Shown piece after piece: positions 53,403 through 63,490 of a stretch of DNA of 64,000 nucleotides; within the stretch, counting starts at the first letter, position 1; each line of letters starts with the position of its first letter. Both the position numbers and the translations under genes were made by a program. A model generated the notes under the pieces. The model had not been told where the DNA came from. It ran no database searches and worked only from the letters and a program-made list of their open reading frames with translations. Source of the DNA: a virus (lineage: Duplodnaviria > Heunggongvirae > Uroviricota > Caudoviricetes); the IMG/VR virus record IMGVR_UViG_3300029725_000197. One strand, written 5' to 3'.

Positions 53403-55505
53403 ATGGATTCAAATGCTTTTCTGAATGATCTTATGTCAAAGATGAAGCTGCCGGAAGCAAAAGGAAAGAAAAAGGCAGAACAGAATGAATCGGTGGCGCA
53501 GATTCTTGCCGCCATGCAAAAAGTCAGGGCTGAGAAAAAGAAGCCGCCCGTAACCAGCTATGCACCAGTAAAAGAAATGCTGGTGAATGAGCCAGAGAGT
53601 ATGGAAGAATTCTCCCAGCTCGCATCCGATGTGATGCAGGAATGCCGGCCAGCAATGCCGACGGTGAAAACATCAATTTCAGAGAAGGCTGTTCGGGTTG
53701 CCGCATATATCCGTGTTTCCTCCACCAATCCGGCACAGGAAGATTCGTATGAAATGCAGGAACGCTACTTTATGTCACTCCTGGCAGGAAATGCGGGATG
53801 GACATCTGCCGGCATTTATTCCGATCATGGCATTTCCGCAACAAGCAGGGATGGACGGACAGGATTTAACCGGTTGCTCCGGCACTGCAAGCAGGGGAAG
53901 ATTGACCGTGTGATCTGCAAGTCCATCAGCCGTTTTGCCCGAAACACGCAGGACTTTCTTGTGGCATTGCGGACTTTAAAGGAAAACAATGTCACGATCC
54001 TGTTTGAGCGGGAAGCGATGGATACAGCGGATGCTTACAGCGAGTTCATTCTTACTACGCTGGCCGCCATTGCCCAGGAAGAGAGCCGTTCGATTTCAGC
54101 AAACATTGCATGGAGCAATCAGAAACGGTTTCCGGCCGGAAATGTCTGCAACAAGGATATCTACGGATACGAATTCCGCAAAGGGGAGTATACAGTGAAC
54201 GAGAACGGATACCGATACCGGGCAGTGTTCATCATCCCGGAAGAAGCAGAGATTGTTCGGATGGTGTTCCGGCTTTTTACAAAAGAAGAATTAGGCTTCA
54301 CACAGATCGCCCAGAAGCTGGATGCCCTGCATATCCCGCCGCCGAACAGCGGATGCAGACAGCGGCAAAAGCGGAAACCGACTGTGCTGCCAGCTGGCAC
54401 ACTAAAGGAAGAAGATAAGCGGGGGTGGACGGCAACGGATGTTCGGTACATGATCGCAAACGTTCGTTACTGCGGTTCTGTACTTTGTCAGAAGACCTAC
54501 ACCGATCACAGGAATGGGCATAAACAGAAGGTCAATAAGGGGGAAAAGCCGAAATACCTGATACGAAATCATCATCCGGCTATCATTTCGGAAGAATTGT
54601 GGCAGGAAGCACAGGAAGTCTGGAAGGCATACACGGCAAAGTACAGGGGTATTGAAAAAGGAAGAAACGAAAGAAACTATTCCAAGCTCCTGCTGTGTGG
54701 AAAATGCGGACGGTATTTTCAAGGCCATTCCACAACAAGGACAACCATCTGGCGGTGTGCGACGAAGCTCGCCCAGCAGGGACTGAAGCGCTGCCGAATG
54801 GAACCGATTTATGAAGAGCAGATCCAGACGCTGCTTTGCAAAGCATTTGCCGAAAAATTCAAGCTGGGTGAGGAGATGGATGCAGAAGTTCATGAGGTCA
54901 TGCAGATGATCTCCAAAGCACCCATTGATAATGCGAGAAATCAGGCATTAAAGAACCTGACTGAGAAGCTGAGAGAGATCCATGATTTCGACCATATGGA
55001 GCAGGAAGGGGATTTTCTGAAACGCCAGCTGTCTGCAGTGAACTATAGCATTCGGGATGTCCACCAGCACATTCGGGATATTCAGGCGGAAAAAGAAGCA
55101 TTGAAAGTGCGATGTGAGGTGCTGGGAGAACCGAGAGATAAAGAAGCAGTCACAGAGTTAGAAAACCGACTTCTCAATGAAGAAGAACAGCTGGAGAAGC
55201 TGGAACATGAAGCCCAGCAACAGGCCGAACAGGTTCGGTACATGGAAGATTACTGGAAGAAGCTGGAGCAGACCCATGAAATCCGGGAGAAAACGCTGCA
55301 GTGGTTGGATTCGCTGGCGGGAGGGACGCAGATGTTTCTGGATGAAGCAGTTGGAACGTATGTGAAAGCCTTTGTGCTTTCCGTTACCATTTTTTCACCG
55401 AAACATTTTAGAATCCACTGGTTTGATGACACCTGTACGGAAGTGGAGTGTGACAGCGTATTTGAGGGCTATCAGCAGCCTGGCATGATAAGGAGGAAGT
55501 ATTGA
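53403..55505 (+). CDS. large serine recombinase 1 (integrase candidate)
   Basis: 'VAAYIRVSSTNPAQEDSYEMQ' catalytic Ser region, resolvase N-domain, recombinase domain, and a Zn ribbon (CGKCGRYF…CATK). RBS GGAGAGGA upstream. Confidence 0.85.
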   Translation: MDSNAFLNDLMSKMKLPEAKGKKKAEQNESVAQILAAMQKVRAEKKKPPVTSYAPVKEMLVNEPESMEEFSQLASDVMQECRPAMPTVKTSISEKAVRVAAYIRVSSTNPAQEDSYEMQERYFMSLLAGNAGWTSAGIYSDHGISATSRDGRTGFNRLLRHCKQGKIDRVICKSISRFARNTQDFLVALRTLKENNVTILFEREAMDTADAYSEFILTTLAAIAQEESRSISANIAWSNQKRFPAGNVCNKDIYGYEFRKGEYTVNENGYRYRAVFIIPEEAEIVRMVFRLFTKEELGFTQIAQKLDALHIPPPNSGCRQRQKRKPTVLPAGTLKEEDKRGWTATDVRYMIANVRYCGSVLCQKTYTDHRNGHKQKVNKGEKPKYLIRNHHPAIISEELWQEAQEVWKAYTAKYRGIEKGRNERNYSKLLLCGKCGRYFQGHSTTRTTIWRCATKLAQQGLKRCRMEPIYEEQIQTLLCKAFAEKFKLGEEMDAEVHEVMQMISKAPIDNARNQALKNLTEKLREIHDFDHMEQEGDFLKRQLSAVNYSIRDVHQHIRDIQAEKEALKVRCEVLGEPRDKEAVTELENRLLNEEEQLEKLEHEAQQQAEQVRYMEDYWKKLEQTHEIREKTLQWLDSLAGGTQMFLDEAVGTYVKAFVLSVTIFSPKHFRIHWFDDTCTEVECDSVFEGYQQPGMIRRKY

Positions 55506-57709
55506 TGAACAGACAAATGACACAAGGGACGGTTGCAAACAATGTGCAGGTGATTCCGGCAACGAAGCGGAGAGTGTCTGCCGGCGGTCAGCTGAAAATG
55601 GCAAAGGACATTCGGGTTGCCGCTTACGGCCGTGTTTCAACCGATGAGCTTGCCCAGCAGACTTCGTATGAGGGGCAGAAAAGCTATTACACGAAGCTGA
55701 TCAATGAAAAAGAAGGCTGGACTTTTGCCGGAATGTATGCAGATGAAGCAATCTCTGGCACCAACCGTAACCACCGCACCGAGTTTAATCAGATGATGCA
55801 GGATGCGCTGGACGGGAAGATCGATTACATCATTACAAAGTCCATTTCCCGATTTGCACGAAATACGGTCGATACGCTGAACTGCGTGAGACAGCTTCGG
55901 CAGTGTGACCCGCCAATCGGTGTATACTTCGAAAAGGAGAACATCGACACGCTGGATGCGTCTGGCGAATTGCTCCTGACCATCCTTTCTGCGTTGGCAC
56001 AGGAAGAAAGCAATTCAATTTCCAAGAATATCAGCTGGAGTATTCAAAAGCGGTTTCAGGAAGGGATTGCATTTGGAAATCCACGGTCGGTCTACGGTTA
56101 TACGGACGGTGAGACGAATAAGGACTGGGTCATTGTAGAAGAACAGGCCAAGGTGGTGCGGTTCATCTTCGATGAGTTCCTTCTGGGAAAATCTTCTTAC
56201 AAAATTAGCAATGAACTGAATGAAAAGGGAATCCCTTCATCCAAAGGGACAAAATGGCAGAGCGAAAGTGTGGATTTTATCCTCCGGAATGAAAAATATG
56301 TAGGTGACTGCGAAATGCAGAAAACGGTTACCGTTGATTTTCTGAGCCACAAGACGATTCCGAATAATGGAGAAGCTCCGAAATTCTATGTGACGGACCA
56401 CCATGTCCCGATTATCAATCGCGCGGTATGGATGCGGGCACAGGAAATCTTGGCACACAGAAAGAAAAACCGAACGAAAAAGAAGGATGAAAAGCGGGAA
56501 AAACGAGTGGGCAAGGATGTCTTTGATAACCTGGTATGCGGAAAGTGCGGAGCCCCCTTTTACCGCAGAACCCTGCAGGCAAGAGCAACGCACTTCGAGG
56601 ATGACAGGTGTCTGGATGCCTGCCGCAGTGAGCTGTTGGCACAGGGCAGTTCGCCGGATGATTACTATGAACGATATTATTACACCTACCCCGTTTGGCG
56701 GTGCTCAAGTCTAAAAGATACCTCACCGACCAACGATGGGCCATTTATGGGAAAAGCAGACCCGGATGTTGCCTGGCATCCGATTTATATTGGCGAAGGA
56801 GATGCAAAGTGCCCTTCCCATTTTGTATACGAGACGGCGGTCAAGCAGAGCTTCATGGAAATGTTGTACGCCATCAAGCGCGACCATGAAGAAAACGGGG
56901 AGAACGCATGGATCGATTCGGAATTCCGGATGGTCTACCAGAAGGTACAGGAGCATGTCGCAGAACGGGATTCTTCCAGAAAAACAGAACTGGATGAGCA
57001 GATTCTGCAGTTGGAGGAAAAAATGGCTCAGATGCAGGGCCGGCTGAAAGAAGCAGTAGAACGTGGCCGCCAGAAAGCCAGCCCGGAGATCGATACCTAC
57101 GAAAGACTGGTGGATGACCTGCGGGAGCGTTTGAATGAGAAAATGGACGAACGGCAGCAACTCAGCCAGGAAGAACAGCTTCTTTCGGAGATGAAGCACA
57201 ACTACGACTTTTTCATCCGCTGCCTGGAAGCCCTGCCCGAAATCAACAAGGCTGGCATGAAGCTGAATGTCAATGGTCTGGATACGGATGGAAGCTGCCT
57301 GCGTGACTTTGACGGCAAGGCAAGGAGCAAAATCCTGAGTGACATCCGGCGCGGAAAAAGAAAAATGGGTGCGGACCGGGTGGATCAGGCCCCGGATTTT
57401 CTGGAATTTGAAAAGGGCGTTTACTTCGCATTCATCAAGGAAGGAATCGTTGACGGTGATGTGATCACCTACACGACGAATTTTGGAGTCAAGCTGACCA
57501 GCACCGGCAACAGCCGGACGCTGATGGCTTTCATCGGATTCCGCAGATGCAATCCGAATAAAACGGTCGAGGTGCTGATGGACGGCTGGCAGGTCAACGG
57601 ACTCTGCATTCGGTACCATAGAGAAAAGAGAAAGGAAAAAACGGCATACACGCTGATGATCCGGAAACGGAAAGCACAAGAGCGAGCATTGCTGGAGCAG
57701 GAAGCGTGA
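55505..57709 (+). CDS. large serine recombinase 2
   Basis: 'VAAYGRVSTDELAQQTSYEGQ' catalytic region, Zn ribbon (CGKCGAPF). ATG overlaps the upstream stop (TGATG), RBS AGGAGG. Confidence 0.85.
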   Translation: MNRQMTQGTVANNVQVIPATKRRVSAGGQLKMAKDIRVAAYGRVSTDELAQQTSYEGQKSYYTKLINEKEGWTFAGMYADEAISGTNRNHRTEFNQMMQDALDGKIDYIITKSISRFARNTVDTLNCVRQLRQCDPPIGVYFEKENIDTLDASGELLLTILSALAQEESNSISKNISWSIQKRFQEGIAFGNPRSVYGYTDGETNKDWVIVEEQAKVVRFIFDEFLLGKSSYKISNELNEKGIPSSKGTKWQSESVDFILRNEKYVGDCEMQKTVTVDFLSHKTIPNNGEAPKFYVTDHHVPIINRAVWMRAQEILAHRKKNRTKKKDEKREKRVGKDVFDNLVCGKCGAPFYRRTLQARATHFEDDRCLDACRSELLAQGSSPDDYYERYYYTYPVWRCSSLKDTSPTNDGPFMGKADPDVAWHPIYIGEGDAKCPSHFVYETAVKQSFMEMLYAIKRDHEENGENAWIDSEFRMVYQKVQEHVAERDSSRKTELDEQILQLEEKMAQMQGRLKEAVERGRQKASPEIDTYERLVDDLRERLNEKMDERQQLSQEEQLLSEMKHNYDFFIRCLEALPEINKAGMKLNVNGLDTDGSCLRDFDGKARSKILSDIRRGKRKMGADRVDQAPDFLEFEKGVYFAFIKEGIVDGDVITYTTNFGVKLTSTGNSRTLMAFIGFRRCNPNKTVEVLMDGWQVNGLCIRYHREKRKEKTAYTLMIRKRKAQERALLEQEA

Positions 57710-57857
57710 TTTTGGGAACCCCACTGGATGAGACATTTCGTCTTGTCTGGTGGGGATTTTTTTGTTTTTGGAGGATTTTTCTTCCGAACCCATTGCTATG
57801 TGCAAAATTCTGCTATATGTTGAGAGTATAGAAATACACATAGCAGGAGAGAACGAC

Positions 57858-58256
57858 ATGAAGAGATTAGCATGGCTTTCAGTAGAAGATTATGCAGCGA
57901 CCCAGATGGAGCTGGTGGTCGTGAGTGCAATGAAAGGGTATCTGCGGCGGATGCCGGAGAAAGACGCATTTAAAAAAGTAGAGGCTATCCTTGACCCGAA
58001 GGTAATCCGGTTAGCCGGTGATGATGGCGCACCGATACCGGTACAAAGCAATGTTGACGGAGCAAAGTTCGCGGCGTTCATTGATGCAGCCGTGGCAGAC
58101 AGCATCAGGGAGCTGGAGAAGAGAGAAGATGACCTGTCAAAAGCTGGTGTGACCATGCTAGGAAACGTGGATGGCAAGAGCATGGTGGAACAGATGAGTC
58201 CAGAGTTTTTGGAATTCGTGCTGGATGCATATCGGGGTTTGAAATACACGCAGTGA
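57858..58256 (+). CDS. hypothetical protein (recombinase-associated; RDF candidate)
   Basis: RBS AGCAGGAGAG before ATG 57858. 132 aa. Confidence 0.4.
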   Translation: MKRLAWLSVEDYAATQMELVVVSAMKGYLRRMPEKDAFKKVEAILDPKVIRLAGDDGAPIPVQSNVDGAKFAAFIDAAVADSIRELEKREDDLSKAGVTMLGNVDGKSMVEQMSPEFLEFVLDAYRGLKYTQ

Positions 58257-58291
58257 GGTTGTACATTTTGGGGAGAAAAGGCGGAATTCAA

Positions 58292-58320
58292 GTTGATATT
58301 TTGGCCTGAGTTGAGTATAA
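58292..58320 (+). promoter_or_regulatory. strong sigma70 promoter TTGATA-17-TATAAT
   Basis: Consensus-like hexamers with exact 17-nt spacing. Confidence 0.5.
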
Positions 58321-58326
58321 TATAAA

Positions 58327-58582
58327 TGGATAAGTTCCGTGTGGCGACATGTTAAAGCTGTACTCCGGCTGGTGAGGTTGATTACCTACGCTTTGTGATG
58401 CTCGGCAGGGTATCGAGGCCGACGGCCAGCATAATACACACGATTTTCGGAAAATTATCAGAACGACCTATTGACTTTTAGCATTAAATAGGCTACTGCT
58501 AAGTATAGCAAGTGGTGAGCTTGCAAATAATATTGCTGATCTTACTCCGGTGTCCTACGGGCCCCGGGTTTTTTTATAGGAG
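58327..58582 (+). ncRNA. candidate ~250-nt small RNA (promoter to T7 terminator), unidentified
   Basis: No ORF with an RBS between the promoter and the T-run at 58576-58582. GC-rich structured segments. Confidence 0.3.
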
Positions 58583-58589
58583 AAATACT

Positions 58590-58646
58590 ATGTCAAATGT
58601 TCCAAGAGTGTTTAAGGAAGCACAAGACCAGATTATAATAAAATAA
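58590..58646 (+). CDS. 18-aa small ORF MSNVPRVFKEAQDQIIIK
   Basis: RBS 'taggagaaa' 6 nt before ATG. Followed by a strong terminator. Confidence 0.2.
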   Translation: MSNVPRVFKEAQDQIIIK

Positions 58647-58654
58647 TGTATTTT

Positions 58655-58716
58655 GCCCACTGGCGTACCGTGTAAATCCTACATGGTACGCTGGTGGGCT
58701 TCTTTTTTTGCCTCAT
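58655..58716 (+). terminator. strong terminator (GCCCACTGGCGTACC…GGTACGCTGGTGGGC TTCTTTTTTTG)
   Basis: 15-bp stem (2 G·U) plus T-run. Confidence 0.6.
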
Positions 58717-58809
58717 CCCGCATGAACCACAGACAGCACCCCGGCATGCTCCGAAGTGCAGTTGTGGCTTATGCGGGTTTTTGTGTTATGTGGTCAACGG
58801 GTTACAAAA

Positions 58810-59151
58810 TCATACTCCCAATCCGTATAAAATCGCTTTCAGTTCCTTTACCATTCGGGTAAGAATCTCCTGCTCAAGTGTGTTGCAGTCCAAAAGCAGA
58901 CGGTGAATCTCGGAATCGGCAGTGGAAGCCGAGTGTGTCAGACTGTCTACGAGAAGGTCGTCTGCTGATATGCCGAGAAGGTTGGCGATATCAACCAGTG
59001 CTTCCAGACTGGGACGGCTAGTGGCAGCCTCTATCTGACTAATGTGTTTGCGGGACATATTCAGTTTTTCACAAAACTGTTCCTGTGTAAATCCAGATGC
59101 ATTGCGAAAATTACTGATACGTTTTCCTAATGCAGAATAATCTAATGCCAT
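58810..59151 (-). CDS. XRE-family HTH repressor (cI-like)
   Basis: 'LGKRISNFRNASGFTQEQFCEKLNMSRKHISQIE' HTH_3 on the minus strand. Divergent from the ATPase gene. Confidence 0.8.
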   Translation of the reverse strand: MALDYSALGKRISNFRNASGFTQEQFCEKLNMSRKHISQIEAATSRPSLEALVDIANLLGISADDLLVDSLTHSASTADSEIHRLLLDCNTLEQEILTRMVKELKAILYGLGV

Positions 59152-59287
59152 GTGTGGTCCTCCTTATGTTTACCCGCATAAGGCTGTCACAATTATCCCG
59201 TAGAGAAAAATACATAGCAACTGGTTATAGAAGAGTTTAAGACCGCAAAATCTCACACCCCTATCTGCTGTGTGGTCTTAGGCTATT

Positions 59288-59338
59288 TTGCCACCTATCA
59301 GGTGGCAAAAATGATAATGTGCCACCCAACAGGTGGCA
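59288..59338. promoter_or_regulatory. two operator palindromes TTGCCACCT-atc-AGGTGGCAA and TGCCACC-caac-AGGTGGCA
   Basis: In the divergent intergenic region between the XRE repressor and the AAA ATPase. Confidence 0.55.
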
Positions 59339-59400
59339 GTCAAATCGTCATGCAATCCTTATAATATAAATGTAGAAAAGACTGCACATGGAAAGGAACG

Positions 59401-60381
59401 ATGATGACGAGCAAAGGAGAAAAAGGGATTCTTACATTATATAGTGATGTACAGGCGACTTCTGTTCGTTGGCTGTGGTATCCGTTCATAGCAGTTGGGA
59501 AGATCACATTGCTGCAAGGCGACCCCGGCGATGGTAAGTCCACAATGATGATGAATCTGATAGCAGAGTTATCTAAAGGCGGAAAGCTTCCGGATGGCAA
59601 AGCAGTTGGATTATCGCAGAGGGTCATTTACCAGTGTTCAGAAGATGGTGTGTCAGATACCATCAAGCCCCGGCTGGAAAAGTGTGGGGCAGATTGTGGG
59701 AATGTGGCTTTTATAAATGAAGAAACATACAGTGGCCTGACACTGGATGATGAACGCATCCGGCAGGCTATTATAGAATTTCGGCCGAAATTGGTAGTCA
59801 TCGACCCGATACAGGCTTATCTCGGAAGTGATTCTGACCTTCAGATTGCAGGCAGAGCCAGAAAGCTGATGCAGCGTCTTGGTATGTGGGCATCTGTATA
59901 TGATTGCGCCATTGTGCTGATCGGTCACCTCAATAAAAAAGAGGGAACAAAAGGCCTGTATCGGAGCCTTGGCAGTATTGATGTGGTGGCGGCTGCCCGG
60001 AGTGTCCTGCAGGTGGAGCGAGATCCAAAGAACACAGATGTCCGTATCGTCCGGCAGATAAAAAACAGTCTGGCTCCGTCAGATGGAGAAATCAAATTTT
60101 CGATAACAGCGGAGCAGGGCTTCCAATGGCTGGAATGTGAAATAGCACAGGACCCGGCAGCAGAGCCGGAAACCCCAGTATTTGAATCAAAGTCTGAAAA
60201 AGCAGCCTACCTGATTAAGAAGCTGCTTTCAGAAGATGATATGAGATCCAGAGAAATCTATATGCGGTTGAGCGATGAAGGTATTAGCCGTAGAACAGCA
60301 GAAAACACAAAGAAAGAACTCGGCATCCGAAGTTATCGGAAGTTGCGCCAGTGGTATTGGAGCATAAAACCGGGGGAATGA
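59401..60381 (+). CDS. AAA_25 / RecA-like (RepA/DnaB-C-like) ATPase of a mobile element
   Basis: Walker A 'GDPGDGKST', 'IVLIGHLNK' Walker B region. RBS GAAAGGA upstream. Confidence 0.65.
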   Translation: MMTSKGEKGILTLYSDVQATSVRWLWYPFIAVGKITLLQGDPGDGKSTMMMNLIAELSKGGKLPDGKAVGLSQRVIYQCSEDGVSDTIKPRLEKCGADCGNVAFINEETYSGLTLDDERIRQAIIEFRPKLVVIDPIQAYLGSDSDLQIAGRARKLMQRLGMWASVYDCAIVLIGHLNKKEGTKGLYRSLGSIDVVAAARSVLQVERDPKNTDVRIVRQIKNSLAPSDGEIKFSITAEQGFQWLECEIAQDPAAEPETPVFESKSEKAAYLIKKLLSEDDMRSREIYMRLSDEGISRRTAENTKKELGIRSYRKLRQWYWSIKPGE

Positions 60382-60394
60382 GAGGAACTATAGA

Positions 60395-62269
60395 ATGAGC
60401 AGTGGAACAGAAGCGATAGATCGTAAGCAGAGGATTAGAGACCGATATAGAGGCGTGGATACTTCCGAACTGGAGGTTATCCCGGCCAAAATTGTGGAGG
60501 GGCTTGGAGAAAGCACCTCTATTCGTCGTGTCGCTGCCTATGTACGTGTTTCCACTGACAATGATGAACAGACCTCCTCGTATGAGCTTCAGAAAAATTA
60601 TTATACGGACTACATTAAGGCACAACCCGGCTGGGAGTTTGTTGGCATTTATGATGATGAAGGAATCAGCGGCACTTCGCTGGCACATCGCAAAGGAATG
60701 CAGCAGCTGATCGAGGATTGTAAGGCGGGAAAGATTGACCTGATTCTTACAAAGTCCATCGCCCGTTTTGCCAGAAATATCGTTGATTGCCTTTCTGTTA
60801 TCGAAACGCTGAAGAATCTTGACCCACCCGTAGGGGTGAAATTTGAAGCGGATAATATCTACACCCTGGACAGTAACGGACGCATGATCCTGACGATTCT
60901 TGCATCCGTGGCAGAGGAAGAATCCCATTCCAAATCAATTATCATGAACTGGTCCATTGATCGCCGGTTCAGCCGTGGACTTTTCCTTACGCCGGCGTTG
61001 CTTGGATATGACCAGGATGAGGATGGCAACCTTGTGGTGAATCAGGATGAGGCTCAGACAGTAAAGGTCATTTATTACCTGTACCTGAATGGATTTTCGC
61101 TAAAGGATATTGCGGAACTTCTGACAGATTATGAGCGGAAGACGAAGCTGGGAAACACGGAATGGAATCCGGGCACGATTGCCGGCATCATTGCAAATGA
61201 ACGCCATTGTGGGGATGTGCTGGCGAGAAAGACTTTCACACCAAACTTCCTTACGCACAAGGCAAAGAAGAACAACAATGATCGAACGCAGTACCGTCAG
61301 CGGGACCATCACGAGGCGATTGTTTCCAGAGATGTTTTCAATGCGGCCAATCATCTGCGCGCATCCCGGACGTATAAAAAGAAAAATCATCCGTTGCCAG
61401 TTTTGAGTGTGGTAGATGATGGCATCCTTCGCGGATATGTGCCTTTTGATAAGGATTGGACAGGTTTCTCGGCAGATGAATACCGGGAAGCATCCGAAAG
61501 CGTCATGCGGGAAAAACAGTCCAACACGGTAGAAGTAAGGAATCGTCTGGATCTTACTGGCTATGAAGTAGTCCGGGCACAGTATTTTGCAACCTTGCAG
61601 AATCCGGCGATGACAATTTCAAACGGAAGGCTGCGTTTTAATGCTGCCTGTCTGAAAAAGTTTGATGATGTGGAGTATGTAGAATTGCTTCTGAATTCAG
61701 TTGACAGATGTATTGCCATTCGGCCGTGCGAAAAGAGCAATCCGAATGCAATCCGCTGGGGCAGATTGAAAGAAGGACGCTGGTGTGCAAATACCCTTGG
61801 GTGCCGAGGACTGGCAAAGGCTCTTTTTGACATTATGGAGTGGGACGAAGATTTGAAATACCGCTTCCGTGGGCAGCTTGTGGAGCAGGGAGGCGATAAG
61901 CTGATGCTCTTTGAACTCGATGAGCCGGAGATGATCAAGGTGGAGGAAATCGTCCTGCCACCTAAGGAGGAAGAATCGGAAGGCGAAACAGTTAAAAAGA
62001 CGATTTATATTTTCCCACCAGAATGGGCGGGGACTTTTGGCCAGCCAATTACGAGCGTCGCACAGATTGGTATTTTGCAGCAGGAGCATTATGCCGGCAA
62101 TTGGGATGTACTTCGGCCGGCATCAGAAATTAAGGAAATGAACATTTTTACCGCAGATGGTCTAAATACACTGCTCCATGAAGCGGAAGAAATAATGGAA
62201 GGATGGATTGACATAGATGGAGGAAAACAAAACGTTAATGCCGCCGAAGGAGCAGGCATTGGAGACTGA
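60395..62269 (+). CDS. large serine recombinase 3 (second element)
   Basis: 'VAAYVRVSTDNDEQTSSYELQ' catalytic region. The C-terminal ~130-aa domain is paralogous to ORFs 62217 and 62958. Confidence 0.85.
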   Translation: MSSGTEAIDRKQRIRDRYRGVDTSELEVIPAKIVEGLGESTSIRRVAAYVRVSTDNDEQTSSYELQKNYYTDYIKAQPGWEFVGIYDDEGISGTSLAHRKGMQQLIEDCKAGKIDLILTKSIARFARNIVDCLSVIETLKNLDPPVGVKFEADNIYTLDSNGRMILTILASVAEEESHSKSIIMNWSIDRRFSRGLFLTPALLGYDQDEDGNLVVNQDEAQTVKVIYYLYLNGFSLKDIAELLTDYERKTKLGNTEWNPGTIAGIIANERHCGDVLARKTFTPNFLTHKAKKNNNDRTQYRQRDHHEAIVSRDVFNAANHLRASRTYKKKNHPLPVLSVVDDGILRGYVPFDKDWTGFSADEYREASESVMREKQSNTVEVRNRLDLTGYEVVRAQYFATLQNPAMTISNGRLRFNAACLKKFDDVEYVELLLNSVDRCIAIRPCEKSNPNAIRWGRLKEGRWCANTLGCRGLAKALFDIMEWDEDLKYRFRGQLVEQGGDKLMLFELDEPEMIKVEEIVLPPKEEESEGETVKKTIYIFPPEWAGTFGQPITSVAQIGILQQEHYAGNWDVLRPASEIKEMNIFTADGLNTLLHEAEEIMEGWIDIDGGKQNVNAAEGAGIGD

Positions 62270-62909
62270 AAGAGATGCAAAGGCTGAAGAACTGGAGAGC
62301 ACTTTTTCATATGATGGATATCAAGTGGTGCGAAAAGAACTGTTCGCTCACCTCCGGGACCCGGCAATTGTGATTCGAAAAGACAGCATCACATTTAACA
62401 CAGCCTGCATCAGTGGGCTGGAAGATGTGGTTTATGTACACGTCATGTTCAACAGTGATTTGAAGCGCATCGTTGTACGCGGCTGTGATGAAAATGATAA
62501 GGACGCTTTGCGCTGGTGTATTGCGAAGCCGGACAAGCGGAAGAGCAGAAAAATGTCCTGTAAGCCTTTTTCAGAATTGGTTTATAACGAGATGGGCTGG
62601 GATAGTGACTGCCGCTATAAGATACTGGGGTATCGAATCAACTTTGAAGGAGAGACCTTGTATGTTTTTGACCTTCTCGTGCCAGAAATTTTCCACGAAA
62701 ATCAGAAACGGAAGAAAGGGGAAAGTGCGCCACAATCAGAGGAAACAAAGCCCGTGAATACCAGGAAGGGATTTTACCCAGATGATATTGCGGGTACTTT
62801 TGGCGTGCCTGTAGAAGAACACCTGAAAGAATCAGAAGTGAAGCAAATGGATGGATATGTGTCAATGGGCATCCTGACGGGGACGGCCCCCGGTGCCAGT
62901 GCGGATTAG
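62217..62909 (+). CDS. stand-alone paralog of the recombinase C-terminal domain
   Basis: 'GYQVVRKELFAHLRDPAIVIRKDSITFNTACI…DALRW' ~ 'GYEVVRAQYFATLQNPAMTISNGRLRFNAACL…NAIRW'. Overlaps the recombinase 3' end by 53 nt. Start uncertain. Confidence 0.45.
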   Translation: MEENKTLMPPKEQALETERDAKAEELESTFSYDGYQVVRKELFAHLRDPAIVIRKDSITFNTACISGLEDVVYVHVMFNSDLKRIVVRGCDENDKDALRWCIAKPDKRKSRKMSCKPFSELVYNEMGWDSDCRYKILGYRINFEGETLYVFDLLVPEIFHENQKRKKGESAPQSEETKPVNTRKGFYPDDIAGTFGVPVEEHLKESEVKQMDGYVSMGILTGTAPGASAD

Positions 62910-62957
62910 AAGGATAAAAAGAAACCAAGGGGGAAGTGCGCCCATTTTTAGGAGGAG

Positions 62958-63446
62958 GTGAGTAGATTGCAGGAACAGAAAATATGGCACGCCGGTGTTC
63001 TCGGTATGACATTAAACGTGGATGAAGGACGGATCACCATTTTTCGCAGCACACTTGAAACGCTCGGCTGGCCGTCACACTATCGGTTTTTATACAATCC
63101 CCAGATGAATCAGATCGCCGTGCAGGTATGCAGTGCGGCAGATGCAGGAGCTCATCGAGTGGGAAAACTGAATGAGTTCAGCAGCTGTGAGATCAAGTGC
63201 GTGGCCTTCGTGCGAATGGTTTATAAAAATGCCAAATGGAATAAACGCAGATCTTATCGTATGATTGGAAATCTGTTCCCGGAGCAGAGGTTGGTCAGCT
63301 TTCAAATTCAAGAAGCACTGCCGATTGAAAATGGGAGAGTGCTGGACGGAACAGTAAGCCCCACGTTTGCCCTGTGTCGGGCAGAAGGCTCTCCATCGCA
63401 AAACAATCCCACCCCGGAAGAAAAAGCCGACAGTGGGGAAATGTGA
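62958..63446 (+). CDS. second stand-alone paralog of the same domain
   Basis: 'ITIFRSTLETLGW…QIAVQVCSAAD' shows the same pattern. RBS AGGAGGAGG. Start GTG 62958 or TTG 62967. Confidence 0.4.
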   Translation: MSRLQEQKIWHAGVLGMTLNVDEGRITIFRSTLETLGWPSHYRFLYNPQMNQIAVQVCSAADAGAHRVGKLNEFSSCEIKCVAFVRMVYKNAKWNKRRSYRMIGNLFPEQRLVSFQIQEALPIENGRVLDGTVSPTFALCRAEGSPSQNNPTPEEKADSGEM

Positions 63447-63490
63447 GGGGCGTGTGGCGAAGCAAAGGAAAAGGCTGGATCAGAAAAATA

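Noticed and set aside
55502-55504. TTG start for recombinase 2 (as in the ORF track)
   Set aside because: ATG at 55505 with AGGAGG 8 nt upstream is the better start. TTG is just the preceding codon.
58300-58560. Possible tRNA/tmRNA at the prophage junction (common integration targets)
   Set aside because: No cloverleaf hallmarks could be found by eye (no GTTCRANYC T-loop, no CCA-proximal acceptor pairing). This was not formally scanned. tRNAscan/ARAGORN should be run.
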